This document shows positions 1 through 8,768 of a stretch of 59,805 nt of DNA, piece by piece. Made by a program: the position numbers and the translations under genes. The notes below the pieces were generated by a model. It made no database searches and was not told the origin of the DNA. It saw nothing but the letters and a program-made list of their open reading frames with translations. Position 1 is the first letter of the stretch; each line of letters starts with the position of its first letter. The stretch covers positions 1 through 59,805 of the forward strand of contig CAZFCK010000001.1 of assembly GCA_964517355.1 (NCBI GenBank), in the 5' to 3' direction. Source of the stretch: an uncultured Desulfovibrionaceae bacterium. Its GTDB lineage: Bacteria > Desulfobacterota > Desulfovibrionia > Desulfovibrionales > Desulfovibrionaceae.

Positions 1-50
1 ATTGGAAATTGTTTCAGGGGAGAGCCTTGTTTCAAGGCGAAAATGCGCTA
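1..50 (+). repeat. R1 element (105-nt MITE-like repeat), 3' half only, cut by the window start
   Basis: 50/50 identical to 11496-11545 (positions 56-105 of the full copy at 11441-11545). Ends ...aaaatgcgcTA. Confidence 0.9.
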
Positions 51-116
51 GGGCCGTATCTCCGTGGATGAATCCAGACGGCCAAAGAAAAATGCCTCGG
101 AAATGAAAAAAAGACT

Positions 117-146
117 TTACATAAGAAAAATTCTGATTACTATTAT
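117..146 (+). promoter_or_regulatory. Candidate sigma-70 promoter for the 271..612 gene
   Basis: TTACAT (117-122), 18-nt spacer, TATTAT (141-146). About 120 nt upstream of the ATG. Confidence 0.3.
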
Positions 147-270
147 CATCAACAACTGAGATTACAGCTTCATTACGAGGCAACCATCCAGGGGAGCAAC
201 GTACAGACGTTCCCTGGCCTAGAGAGCATGGCGTCGAACAGCAGATGCCGAAACATGCAGGAGGGGCCTT

Positions 271-612
271 ATGCGACTTCAAGATTTTTCCAACCTGATC
301 ATTGATTGGGACATGACCCCTGAAGACGCCGTGATATTGTATCTCGAATGGGGTAATAACGACTGGCAGGGAAAGCACCAACCGGTGCGCTCCAAGGCGG
401 ACTATTCCAATTACTTTGTGGTGGACAATTGGGAAGAAAAGCCAACTGTGCGTCTGGTGCGCAGAAATTCAGAGCAGGCTGAAGATCTTTTGACCTTGCA
501 CCTCCCCGAGAATCTGGAAAGATCCTTTAAGGAGGAATATGGTTCTCTCAAGGGCATATATGAGCCAACGGACGAGATTAAGGCGTGGCTCAAGGCGCAA
601 CTGGAAAATTAG
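271..612 (+). CDS. Hypothetical protein, 113 aa, no family recognised
   Basis: ATG with a ggagggg Shine-Dalgarno about 5 nt upstream. Clean ORF with non-repetitive composition. Lies between R1 copies at 1-50 and 873-977. Confidence 0.6.
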   Translation: MRLQDFSNLIIDWDMTPEDAVILYLEWGNNDWQGKHQPVRSKADYSNYFVVDNWEEKPTVRLVRRNSEQAEDLLTLHLPENLERSFKEEYGSLKGIYEPTDEIKAWLKAQLEN

Positions 613-872
613 CATGGAAGCGTTACGGAAAGGTTGTGATGCACTGTGACGCATGCCTTTTACGGCCGCTATTAAGAATGTAGCGGCGTCCATAGCCAGC
701 TAACGGGAAAAGCTTATTATTCAAAGGCGCATCCGCCGCTCAGCGGTGATAACGATACGCAAGCAGCCAACGTATAACTCCTCGGCAACGCCCGCCCCAT
801 AAACGTATTATGAGGGAGGGCGTTCGCCGTTTTCGGACTTGAAAAAGGCAGGAATCTCTATTGCTATTGAAC

Positions 873-977
873 TAGCGCATTTTCGCCTTGAAATAAGGCT
901 CTCCCCTGAAACAATTTCCAATTGTTCCAGGGAAATGCATAAGAGCATCTAGCGCTTTTCAAGCGTGAGATGCTCTA
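873..977 (-). repeat. R1 element, full 105-nt copy, inverted orientation
   Basis: The reverse complement matches 11441-11545 at 104/105 positions. TA at both ends. Confidence 0.9.
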
Positions 978-1101
978 AAATAGTTGAGTAGGCCGAATGC
1001 TATAACATTCTGTATTTGTGAGGTGGTCCCCAATCGCAGGACAGTTTCGCGGCTTCGCTAAGGTGGATTCCTGTCCTGTGTCCTCGCCGCCTCCCCTGGT
1101 C

Positions 1102-1134
1102 GTCGCGCGGGCGCGAAAGCCCGCGACTTTTATT
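1102..1134 (+). terminator. GC-rich hairpin plus T-run (intrinsic-terminator-like)
   Basis: cgcgggc / gcccgcg stem with a gcgaaa loop, followed by ttttatt. No obvious + strand gene lies immediately upstream. Confidence 0.45.
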
Positions 1135-1291
1135 GTTTCTTTAAGTCCAGAAGTCGTATTATTGAAGGTGAAACCTACTAGGGTCTGTTTCTAAAATATA
1201 ACGATTCGGGAAGGCCATTTCGTAAAAAAACAAAAATAATCAATGGATAGATTTCGCTTCTTAAAATTATGAAGGTTGGGAAAGAGAGAGC

Positions 1292-1331
1292 GCGAGAGGG
1301 AAAACCCTTTTTGAAGGGTTTCCCCTCTCGC
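1292..1331. repeat. R4 palindromic GC hairpin repeat
   Basis: gcgagagggaaaaccctttttgaagggtttcccctctcgc. Related copies at 11389-11428, 11624-11662 and 23029-23068. The upstream flank (ctagg.tgtttctaaa at 1178-1197) is also shared with 11352-11370. Confidence 0.8.
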
Positions 1332-1510
1332 ACTTTCGTTTTTATAACGAATTTTGCAGGCCCGAATCTGTGACGTGACGTGCTCCGACAAGTTATGTGC
1401 CGCATGCACAGTCTTTGCCAGCCGCATTGCATATCGCTTTAGACAAACACAGTGGCAAAGGAAAACACCATGGCCCACAACGATAATTCATGTTTTCAAG
1501 TGAATGGTAG

Positions 1511-1873
1511 GGGCATTCTGAGTTTTGGGTCGATCCGGAGGAGCTTTTCCGTCCGGCAAAAGATGCGGAGATCACGGATACCCAGGCGCAGCTCACTACC
1601 CCGCTGGACACAACTCCCGCGCACCGTCTTTGGTTCAATCAAACGCTGAACGGCATTTACGCCGGCGATCCCCCCTATCCGTGGACGCAATTGGGCTATA
1701 CATACGACTGGGGGCATTCCCATCACACAGGGCTGACGGAATACATGATCAAAGGGGGGTCTGCCATTTTTATGCAGTCCATTTCGAGTAACGCGGAGTA
1801 TTTTCCAGAAGGCATCGCCCTTGATACTATGTGGTTGCTGGCTTTGTTCGCTTTTGTGCTCTGCCTGGCGTGA
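1511..1873 (+). pseudogene. Possible C-terminal gene remnant (start-less reading frame)
   Basis: The frame is open from the TAG at 1508-1510 to the stop at 1871-1873 and reads protein-like (..HRLWFNQTLNGIYAGDPPYPWTQLGYTYDWGHSHHTGLTEYMIKGG..). There is no ATG/GTG/TTG before the TTG at 1691. An ATG at 1490 is followed 6 codons later by the in-frame TAG. Confidence 0.3.
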
Positions 1874-1931
1874 GGGGCGGTAATGCGTGCGCGCATGAAA
1901 TCGTGACGTTCGTGACAGTGGCCTCTTGCGG

Positions 1932-2804
1932 TCACATTTTCCGGCAACGGATTTCCACCTCATGTCTCTGAGTGACATGAACCTCCGCTTCATGCAGCGC
2001 GCCGATCACCGGCGCGGCGTATTCTTGTGTGGCCGAGGCGGCGAGGGCCACATGGCGGTCGGATGCGGCCAATCCTTGAGACGGGTCGAAGCCGCGCCAG
2101 CCGCCACCGGGAAAATATACCTCGGCCCAGGCGTGCAGGCTGTATGCTGTGACCTCAGCGTGTTCAGAAAAATAAGGCGCATGGTAGCCATTGACAAAAC
2201 GGGCAGGGAGGCCCGCCTCACGGCAGACTTCGATGAAAAGTCCGGCAAGATCGCTGCTGCTGCCGGCAAGTTGTTTCAATGTCTGCTCAGGAGCACGGGT
2301 ACTTGTTGCATCACCATGTATCTTATTCGTAGTGCTGAAAAGGTATCCATTGAGCAAGGTGCAGAACTGGAGGCTGTTGTCGGCGCATTCCTTGCGCAGC
2401 GAAAGCGCAAGATGGGTTACGGGGTCTTTTTTATCCTTGGACGGATGGATGCGTTGCAGGCAGGCAGCCAGGGAATGCATCTCGTGCGGAGCGAGGTGTA
2501 ACGGCAAAACATCGCCGCCTGGGGCAAAGGTGAAATCAAATGCATTTGTACGGCATGTTTCCACTTCCGCCCAAGTGCGGATGGTCATGGATTGATGCGT
2601 GCCCACGAACCGGCAGTGAATAATGGCGTTGTCTTCACTATCCATGGCGTTGCTCAGAACCTCCGGCGCAGGGTCTATGGCCAGGTCGAAGGATTGTAAT
2701 TGTTGCCGGGGCGAGTTGCGGGGACGCAGCCGTAATGTGTGGGGTTCGATTTGCGTCGCCTTGGAAAAAATGGAGCTGATGAGGTGGGAAACAATGCAGC
2801 GCAT
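1932..2804 (-). CDS. Transglutaminase-like family protein (Bact_transglu_N-type N-terminus plus transglutaminase core)
   Basis: The N-terminus MRCIVSH..HTLRLRPR fits the N-terminal transglutaminase domain. The core reads ..AGSSSDLAGLFIEVCREAGLPARFVNGY..HAWAEVYFPGGGWRGFDPS. The start was moved to the ATG at 2804; the ORF track extends to 2933. Confidence 0.75.
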   Translation of the reverse strand: MRCIVSHLISSIFSKATQIEPHTLRLRPRNSPRQQLQSFDLAIDPAPEVLSNAMDSEDNAIIHCRFVGTHQSMTIRTWAEVETCRTNAFDFTFAPGGDVLPLHLAPHEMHSLAACLQRIHPSKDKKDPVTHLALSLRKECADNSLQFCTLLNGYLFSTTNKIHGDATSTRAPEQTLKQLAGSSSDLAGLFIEVCREAGLPARFVNGYHAPYFSEHAEVTAYSLHAWAEVYFPGGGWRGFDPSQGLAASDRHVALAASATQEYAAPVIGALHEAEVHVTQRHEVEIRCRKM

Positions 2805-3025
2805 GGTCGATTGGCTTCCGCTCACTGGCGTGTTGCTGGTCTCATGTGGAGTTCCGTAAAGACATGCCGGAGGCACTTTGGTATTCGCGGAAGGATCGGT
2901 CTGTTGCATAATCCGGTTTTCATCCCGCTGCACAGCCTTCGGTGGTTTACGACCTTTAGAATAAGTTTTTAAGAATCACCAACCCTTTTTTTTAATAAAT
3001 ATTTAGCATGGTGAGGATGCTGCTC

Positions 3026-3085
3026 CACTATCCGCGGGGCCAGGGGGGCGTTCCTCCTGGCGGGGGGTGGGGCGGAGCCCCAGCC
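3026..3085 (-). repeat. R2 GC-rich, roughly 57-nt repeat
   Basis: The reverse complement (ggctccgccccaccccccgccaggaggaacgcccccctggccccgcggatagtg) aligns with 11258-11314 and 19608-19664. Confidence 0.85.
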
Positions 3086-3151
3086 TATACCTTTTCATAA
3101 TTATTTTTTTCCAGGGTGCGGATGCTTCATGTTTTTGTTAACAACCGAAGA

Positions 3152-4066
3152 TCATTCACCTTCACCGGGATAGCGGATGGCGCCGCTCTGGCTGATGTCG
3201 TAGCCCACAAGATCTTGGGCCATTTGCTTCAATTCGTTGGAGTGGAGGAGATTCAAAAAGGCCTGTACGGGCTTGTCGAAAAAACGATTTTTGAAAAGCA
3301 GCAGGTCGAATCTCTCCCAGCGCAAGGGGACGAAATCCAGATGCAGCATGGCGCTGACAGCTCTGATGGCCAGTCCGGCGTCGGCTCTGCCGGTGAGAAC
3401 ATCAAGCCCCACATCGAGGTGGCGCTGCACTTCACGGGCGTACCCGGGAATGGTGCTGCCGTCGATGTTGGCTTTTTCCAGCTCGCGGTCGAGCAAGAGT
3501 CGGGTTCCAGTACCAAGGGGGCGGTTGACAAGACGCAAGCCCTTGACGTGGATGTCTGCGATGCAGCGGATATCGTTTGGGTTGCCTTTAGGCACGAGAA
3601 TGCCTTGTTCACGGCGGCAAAAACAGATCACAAGAGGCATGTGCTCCAGTTCGCCGTGAGCAAAGGCGAAATTGTAGTCGCTTTCGTCTTCTTGCAGCAA
3701 ATGGCTGCACGTGATGTCGCAAAGCCCCTGGCGTAGGGCGCGAATGCCGCCCATGCTCCCGAGCGTGGCTTGGACGGCGAGCATGTCGGGATGTTGCCGC
3801 GCAAAAAGAGTGCAACTACGATCAAGCAGGATGTCGTTGCTTCCGGCAATGACGACCAGTTTATCTTGGAGGTCGTAGTTACGCTCTTCCTTCGGGTGGT
3901 GCAGGGTGTTGTTCTCCAGCCACTGTTCAACCAAATGCAGAGGGAAAAGCCATTTTCCGGTGATTTTTGTGGCAGGCAGACCCTTTTCGCCGACAAGTGA
4001 ATAGATCTGTTTTTCATTGACGCCCAGAAACTGGGCGACCTCTTTGGTGGAAAGAAGCCGCATCAT
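3152..4066 (-). CDS. One-component regulator: excisionase/MerR-type HTH plus periplasmic-binding-protein-like domain (TunR/molybdate-tungstate-responsive class)
   Basis: N-terminus MMRLLSTKEVAQFLGVNEKQIYSLV..LPATKITGKW (HTH_17-like). C-terminus ..IAGSNDILLD..GSMGGIRAL..NRPLGTGTRLLLD..HLDVGLDVLTGRADAGLAI..LDFVPL..ERFDLL (PBP-like). ggag SD. Confidence 0.75.
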   Translation of the reverse strand: MMRLLSTKEVAQFLGVNEKQIYSLVGEKGLPATKITGKWLFPLHLVEQWLENNTLHHPKEERNYDLQDKLVVIAGSNDILLDRSCTLFARQHPDMLAVQATLGSMGGIRALRQGLCDITCSHLLQEDESDYNFAFAHGELEHMPLVICFCRREQGILVPKGNPNDIRCIADIHVKGLRLVNRPLGTGTRLLLDRELEKANIDGSTIPGYAREVQRHLDVGLDVLTGRADAGLAIRAVSAMLHLDFVPLRWERFDLLLFKNRFFDKPVQAFLNLLHSNELKQMAQDLVGYDISQSGAIRYPGEGE

Positions 4067-4874
4067 AATAACTAGCTCCGCGCTATGTGTTTCGCCGCCG
4101 GAGACATCCCTTCAGATGAAGGCACCCCGAAGAGATATGACGGCAAAGGATGAGCAGCCACCCGAGTGGGGCCGGCTTGGTTTTGTTCCTCGTTTATCAG
4201 TGAAGGCGTTACGGGAGCCGCAATTATTAAATATGCCACCTCACGGTCCTTCTTTTTGAAAAAAGTATGCATAACTATAACTGGATTAATAGATTATTCC
4301 GAACGTACAACCACCAAGACAATTTATTGAAACTGACAGCGGGAATATTTTATACAGCTTTGTGTAATTGTGACAAGTTGCGATCACGAACAATTATAAA
4401 AAAGGATGTTCCGCTGCGCGAAATAAAAAGGACGAAGCACGAATCAGCGCTTCGCCCTTGCAAATGGTTCAAATAATGTTGTGTGTTGACGGAAAAGCGT
4501 TTTCCGGTATCCCGGATTGACCTTCATTCACAATGGAAAGCTTGGGTCAATGTTAGTGCTGCCTTAGCCAGTGGCGACTCGGCTCGCCGTTATGGGAACC
4601 AAACTCCACCGAATACAGCGACCTCCGTCATCTGGATCGTTTGAGGTTAACGATGCCTTACCTTTCCTACGTAGGACTTGATGCAACAATATGTCAAAAC
4701 GAGCCGGTGGTCAAGAGCCGTTTCATGACTTTTTCGCAAGTTTTTTTTGATTTTCGCAAATACGTTCACGTCACAGGGAAGCATTGCATGACGAAAAGCG
4801 TAACGCACTATCGCCTGAAACGGCTCATCCACCCCTCGTCTTGCTGTCGTCTGGAAAATAACCGTTTATAAAAA

Positions 4875-5174
4875 CTAGCAATAATTGTTTTGTTGCCGGC
4901 GACGGTTCCCCCATGCGCGCAGAACGCCCATAATGCCGTAGGCGAGCGTGGTCAGCAGGGCCAAAAGCACTATGTATGCCAGGACATCAAGTGTCGCTTC
5001 CAGAAAAACAAAGGTGTTTACGATAAAGTCGGAAAAGCTGAGAAGCAGCTTGTAGAGATCGGCGACCGGGTGTCCGCGAAACAACGTGAAGATGATTAAT
5101 AATACAGCGCCCCACACCAGGGAGGCCTTCATATCTTTTTTGTTCAGTTTTACGTCTTTTAGTAAGTTATTCAT
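4875..5174 (-). CDS. Small membrane protein (about 3 TM segments), 99 aa
   Basis: AGGA SD 9 nt upstream of the ATG. Three hydrophobic stretches and a basic C-terminus (WGNRRRQQNNYC). Confidence 0.6.
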   Translation of the reverse strand: MNNLLKDVKLNKKDMKASLVWGAVLLIIFTLFRGHPVADLYKLLLSFSDFIVNTFVFLEATLDVLAYIVLLALLTTLAYGIMGVLRAWGNRRRQQNNYC

Positions 5175-5557
5175 AATAGATTTCCTTTTTTTTTGGCGTG
5201 TTGACTACAAACAGTAGATGAAAGACAGGCCCTATCCACAACGTAACTCCCTTTCTACCTCATGATGGACTGAAGGTAAACATGAGTGAATAATGATTTA
5301 TCCTGTGCAAAAAGAAATTGTGAAAATGTGATCGTGAACTTCGTTATGAGAGATGAAAACAGGCCGGGCTTGTTCCGGCTCTCAAAAAGGAACATTTTGT
5401 ACCTATAAGCGGTTCGTGGCAACATTTCGATTGCTGGGAGTATCTTCGTTTTACCGGTGGAATTGGAGCAGAAGATGATTTTTGAGCGCCTCCATACAAT
5501 TGAAAATTTTTTCCGGAGAACCAGTTCAACAAGTCGAGCGGCAATGTGTAAAGGTAG

Positions 5558-6202
5558 TTACATACTGGTGAGGCCTTCGCTGATGGCGAATTTCACCAGA
5601 TCGGCCAGGTTGCTCAGTTTAAGTTTGTGCATGATTCTATGCCGGTGGACATCCACTGTTTTAGGACTCAGGTGCAGTTGCTCGGCGATTTCTTTACTGC
5701 TTTGGCCTTCAGCCAGGCGTTGGATAATTTCGCGTTCTCTGGACGTGAGAGAATCCAGGAGACTATGTTTGCCGTCGAGTGTCGTAACATAATCATTGAT
5801 GACAACTTCGGAAATTTCTTTGCTAAGGTAGATTTTTCCCCGCATAACGTGTTCAATCGCCAGAATGAGTTCATCAAACGCGCAATCTTTGAGGATATAT
5901 CCCCGGGCGCCCGCTTTAAGCATTTCAACGACAAATCGCTTTTTCGGATACATGGAAAGGGCGATAACGCACGTGGGCAGCCCCATGGCGGTGATGCGCT
6001 GCGTGGCTTCCATCCCGTTGAGGTTGGGCATGTGTATGTCCATGATCGCGACATCGGGCAAATGGATTCTGGTGAGTTCCACCGCCTGTTGTCCGTCAGA
6101 GGCTTCCGCCACCACATGCATTTGGGATTGCTGTTCAATCATAGCCTTCAGCCCTTGACGGAGAATGATATGGTCGTCTGCGAGAAGAACTTTGCAACGC
6201 AT
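5558..6202 (-). CDS. NarL/LuxR-family response regulator (REC plus LuxR HTH)
   Basis: VLLADDH..DVAIMDIHMPNLNG..KAGARGYILKD, and a C-terminal LTSREREIIQRLAEGQSSKEIAEQLHLSPKTVDVHRHRIMHKL. Confidence 0.92.
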   Translation of the reverse strand: MRCKVLLADDHIILRQGLKAMIEQQSQMHVVAEASDGQQAVELTRIHLPDVAIMDIHMPNLNGMEATQRITAMGLPTCVIALSMYPKKRFVVEMLKAGARGYILKDCAFDELILAIEHVMRGKIYLSKEISEVVINDYVTTLDGKHSLLDSLTSREREIIQRLAEGQSSKEIAEQLHLSPKTVDVHRHRIMHKLKLSNLADLVKFAISEGLTSM

Positions 6203-6236
6203 AAATATGTGCCTAGTCGTGCTTATTGTGCTGAAG

Positions 6237-8240
6237 TTAATAGTTTTTCAATGATTTTTCTTTGCTGCGGGAAGGGGTGTTTTGCCGGGGCATGAAAAGG
6301 GTGCACCGGGTGCCTAAGGAGGTGCTTTGGATATTCAATGCTCCCCCTATGATATCAAGGCGTTCACGGATGCTGAAGAGACCGAATCCGGAGTCGCGTT
6401 TGTGTTTCGCGGTATTTTGTTGAATATCCTGGAATCCTTTTCCGTCATCCGTTACACTGCATGTTACGCCAAGTGCATTGCTTTGGAGGTCGATGGTGAC
6501 CGTGCTGGCCTGGGCGTGCTTGAGCACATTGGTCATGAGTTCCCTCACCATCTGAAACAGCATTATCTGTTGATCTTCTTCGAGTACAATTTCGTTTTGG
6601 CGATGGTTGGAGCAAATAACTTTAATGTTGTGGCGTTCTTCAAATTCTTCCGCCAGCTCCTCTATGGCAGCCGCGAAGCCGAGTTCATAGAGTTCAGGGG
6701 AGCCCATTTCCCATATCAGACAGCGGCTTTGGGCTATCATTTTTTTTGTCAGGTTTAGTAACTCATGGCAATCATGAGAGATTTTCTGCGATGACACATC
6801 CTCTTTCAGGGCCGAGAGCTTGATGCGCGCCATGGCCAAATCCTGGCCGATGCCGTCATGTAGTTCCAGCGCGAGACGCCGTCGTTCGCGCTGCTCCACC
6901 AGCGATATTTCGTAGGCGAGTTCGCGCAAACGGTTGCGATATTCAGACAGTTCACGCTTGGTGTTTTCCAGTTCCAAAATTTTGTCCAGCAACAGTTTGT
7001 TGGTCTTGGTAAGTTCGGAAGTGCGTTCCAGGACCCGGCGCTCTAGAGAAAGCCTGTAACGTTTTTGCTGCTCCTGGGGGCTGTCGGTTTGTGTCGCGGA
7101 ACGCAGAACACACTCCATCCCCACCAGCATTCCATGTTTATCGTGCTTGCTGTGCAGGTCGCAACGGCATTGCAGCAACTGACCGTCTTGATGGAGCAGA
7201 TCTAGAGGGGCGTTATGCACCGCCTTGGATGTATCGAGTTGACCGACCATGTTCCAAAAATCTTCAGCATTGCAGCAAAGATCCTTATCGAAGCGCAATA
7301 ACAGCAAATCGTCTTCGCCATACCCCGTGAGCATAGCGGTTGCCTGGTTGAAAGAGAGCAACCTCCCCGTGTTATCGAGAATACAACAAGCCTCCCGTTG
7401 CGCAGGGGCGGGAAAAAATAGTGATTCGCCCCATGGGGTTGAAGCTGCGGGAGGCAACGGTTCATATGCTACCTGCCACGAAACGATTGCCAGACGTTGC
7501 CCCGAAGTGGCGCCAATCCAAGGAGTGCAGGTATAGTCCAAGGTTTTGTTGCGTTGCGGGGCAAAGGGTATGCTGCCCTGGAAAGAAGTGCTCTCTCCTC
7601 CCAAACAACGATCAAGTTGCGGTTTGAATACGCTTTCAAAAATGTCGTGGCCAAACACTTCCGAGAGCGTGCGCCCTGTTATCTTTCGTTGGGACAGTCC
7701 GTGATCCAGGCATACGGCTTCATTCACCAGCACAAAGCGATATTTTTCATCTACGATGAAAATGCGATCACTAATTAGGGAAATGACCTGTTCGAGGCAG
7801 TACGCGCGTTCCCGCTCCCCGACGAGTGAGGAGATATCCAGAAGCATGACCAATAAACAGAGTGCGCTATCTTTCGATTCGGGAAGGGGACGGCAACGGC
7901 GGTAGAATACGAAATGGCCCTTTTTCCCATGACAAGTGATGCTCGCTTCAGTGTAGTGTGCTTTTTCAGAGCGTAGTGCCAGGGCATCGGCCTCGGATAA
8001 CACTGCTGCCTCATGACGTGGAAACAGCGTTGTGATGGGGTGCCACGCCAATTCGTTGACATTGGTTCCAAAGAGGTCGCATGCCGCGTGATTGGCGTAA
8101 ATACAGCGCAATGCGTTGTTCAGTATGTAAACTGGTATCTCCAACCAGTCGTAATCGCTGAATCCTTTCTGCCAATAGTCAGGAAGGGCAGTGCCCTGGG
8201 GACAAGGGGGCGATGTCTCGTTAGGTTTATGTGTCGACAT
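6237..8240 (-). CDS. Cytoplasmic multi-PAS sensor histidine kinase (HisKA_3 plus HATPase_c), partner of the NarL-type regulator
   Basis: H-box LALELHDGIGQDLA, G-boxes DDGKGF..GFGLFSIRERL, an upstream coiled coil and about 3 PAS-like modules. No TM segment seen. Confidence 0.9.
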   Translation of the reverse strand: MSTHKPNETSPPCPQGTALPDYWQKGFSDYDWLEIPVYILNNALRCIYANHAACDLFGTNVNELAWHPITTLFPRHEAAVLSEADALALRSEKAHYTEASITCHGKKGHFVFYRRCRPLPESKDSALCLLVMLLDISSLVGERERAYCLEQVISLISDRIFIVDEKYRFVLVNEAVCLDHGLSQRKITGRTLSEVFGHDIFESVFKPQLDRCLGGESTSFQGSIPFAPQRNKTLDYTCTPWIGATSGQRLAIVSWQVAYEPLPPAASTPWGESLFFPAPAQREACCILDNTGRLLSFNQATAMLTGYGEDDLLLLRFDKDLCCNAEDFWNMVGQLDTSKAVHNAPLDLLHQDGQLLQCRCDLHSKHDKHGMLVGMECVLRSATQTDSPQEQQKRYRLSLERRVLERTSELTKTNKLLLDKILELENTKRELSEYRNRLRELAYEISLVEQRERRRLALELHDGIGQDLAMARIKLSALKEDVSSQKISHDCHELLNLTKKMIAQSRCLIWEMGSPELYELGFAAAIEELAEEFEERHNIKVICSNHRQNEIVLEEDQQIMLFQMVRELMTNVLKHAQASTVTIDLQSNALGVTCSVTDDGKGFQDIQQNTAKHKRDSGFGLFSIRERLDIIGGALNIQSTSLGTRCTLFMPRQNTPSRSKEKSLKNY

Positions 8241-8501
8241 GGCGAACTCATGTTATTCGCTTTTATATACTATGGCAAACATGGCGTATGAAAAGTGATC
8301 GGCTCTTTTCTTGTGTACCATAACACGGGCTTGAAGCGAGTGAAAGGGTGCAGGGATGAAAAGGCGGCCCATGCAAGGCATCAACGAAAGGCGACCCCAA
8401 AGGCATACAGAACAACCGGATAGAATGTCTTGCTTTTCAACCGCCGCTACGCTAATGGTTGGACGCGAAAAGGATAATTATTACCTCTTAAGGATTATAA
8501 A

Positions 8502-8768
8502 TTGCTTATTTTTTTGGTGGCTGCGTTTTTCTTTATCCTCTCTGTTTTGGGGCTGTATATGCATTACCGGATAATGGAAGGCGCCAGCGCCAAAATCCGC
8601 CGGTTGGAGTCTGAAATGCTTAAGCTTGAGAAGGATAATCTCCGACTCGGCGGGAGGTTGGAATCCCAGGAAAATTCGTTGAATTTGTTGCGAATGCAGC
8701 TTGAAGAGAGCGAGCGCATCCGTAGAGAACTGGTATTGCAACGCGAGGCTGTATTGCAAAGCGAGTAG
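8502..8768 (+). CDS. Small membrane-anchored coiled-coil protein, 88 aa
   Basis: TTG start 7 nt after aagga. N-terminal TM (LIFLVAAFFFILSVLGLY), then a heptad-like segment RRLESEMLKLEKDNLRL..LLRMQLEESERIRREL. Confidence 0.5.
   Translation: MLIFLVAAFFFILSVLGLYMHYRIMEGASAKIRRLESEMLKLEKDNLRLGGRLESQENSLNLLRMQLEESERIRRELVLQREAVLQSE

Noticed and set aside
1496-1993. 165-aa minus-strand ORF and other overlapping ORFs in 1178-1993
   Set aside because: Arg-rich composition, no SD, and overlap with each other and with repeat R4. Only the + frame at 1511-1873 looks protein-like, and it is treated as a remnant.
3116-3736. 206-aa + strand ORF overlapping the HTH/PBP-like regulator
   Set aside because: The minus-strand frame carries the recognisable HTH and PBP-like motifs. 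The + frame has none.
4540-4640. Possible Moco/tungsten-cofactor riboswitch near the TunR-class regulator (ctcggctcgcc..cctccg..)
   Set aside because: There are only vague resemblances to the conserved CCGAG/CCUCCG blocks I remember. No cofactor or transport gene lies downstream on either strand. I cannot verify it without a covariance model.
4267-4871. ORFs 4267-4476, 4641-4871 (+) and 4647-4832 (-) in the AT-rich gap
   Set aside because: They have an odd composition rich in Cys, Arg, Lys and stop-adjacent codons. They mutually overlap and lack convincing SD/start combinations, apart from a weak gagg before the ATG at 4653. I keep the region as non-coding of unknown function.
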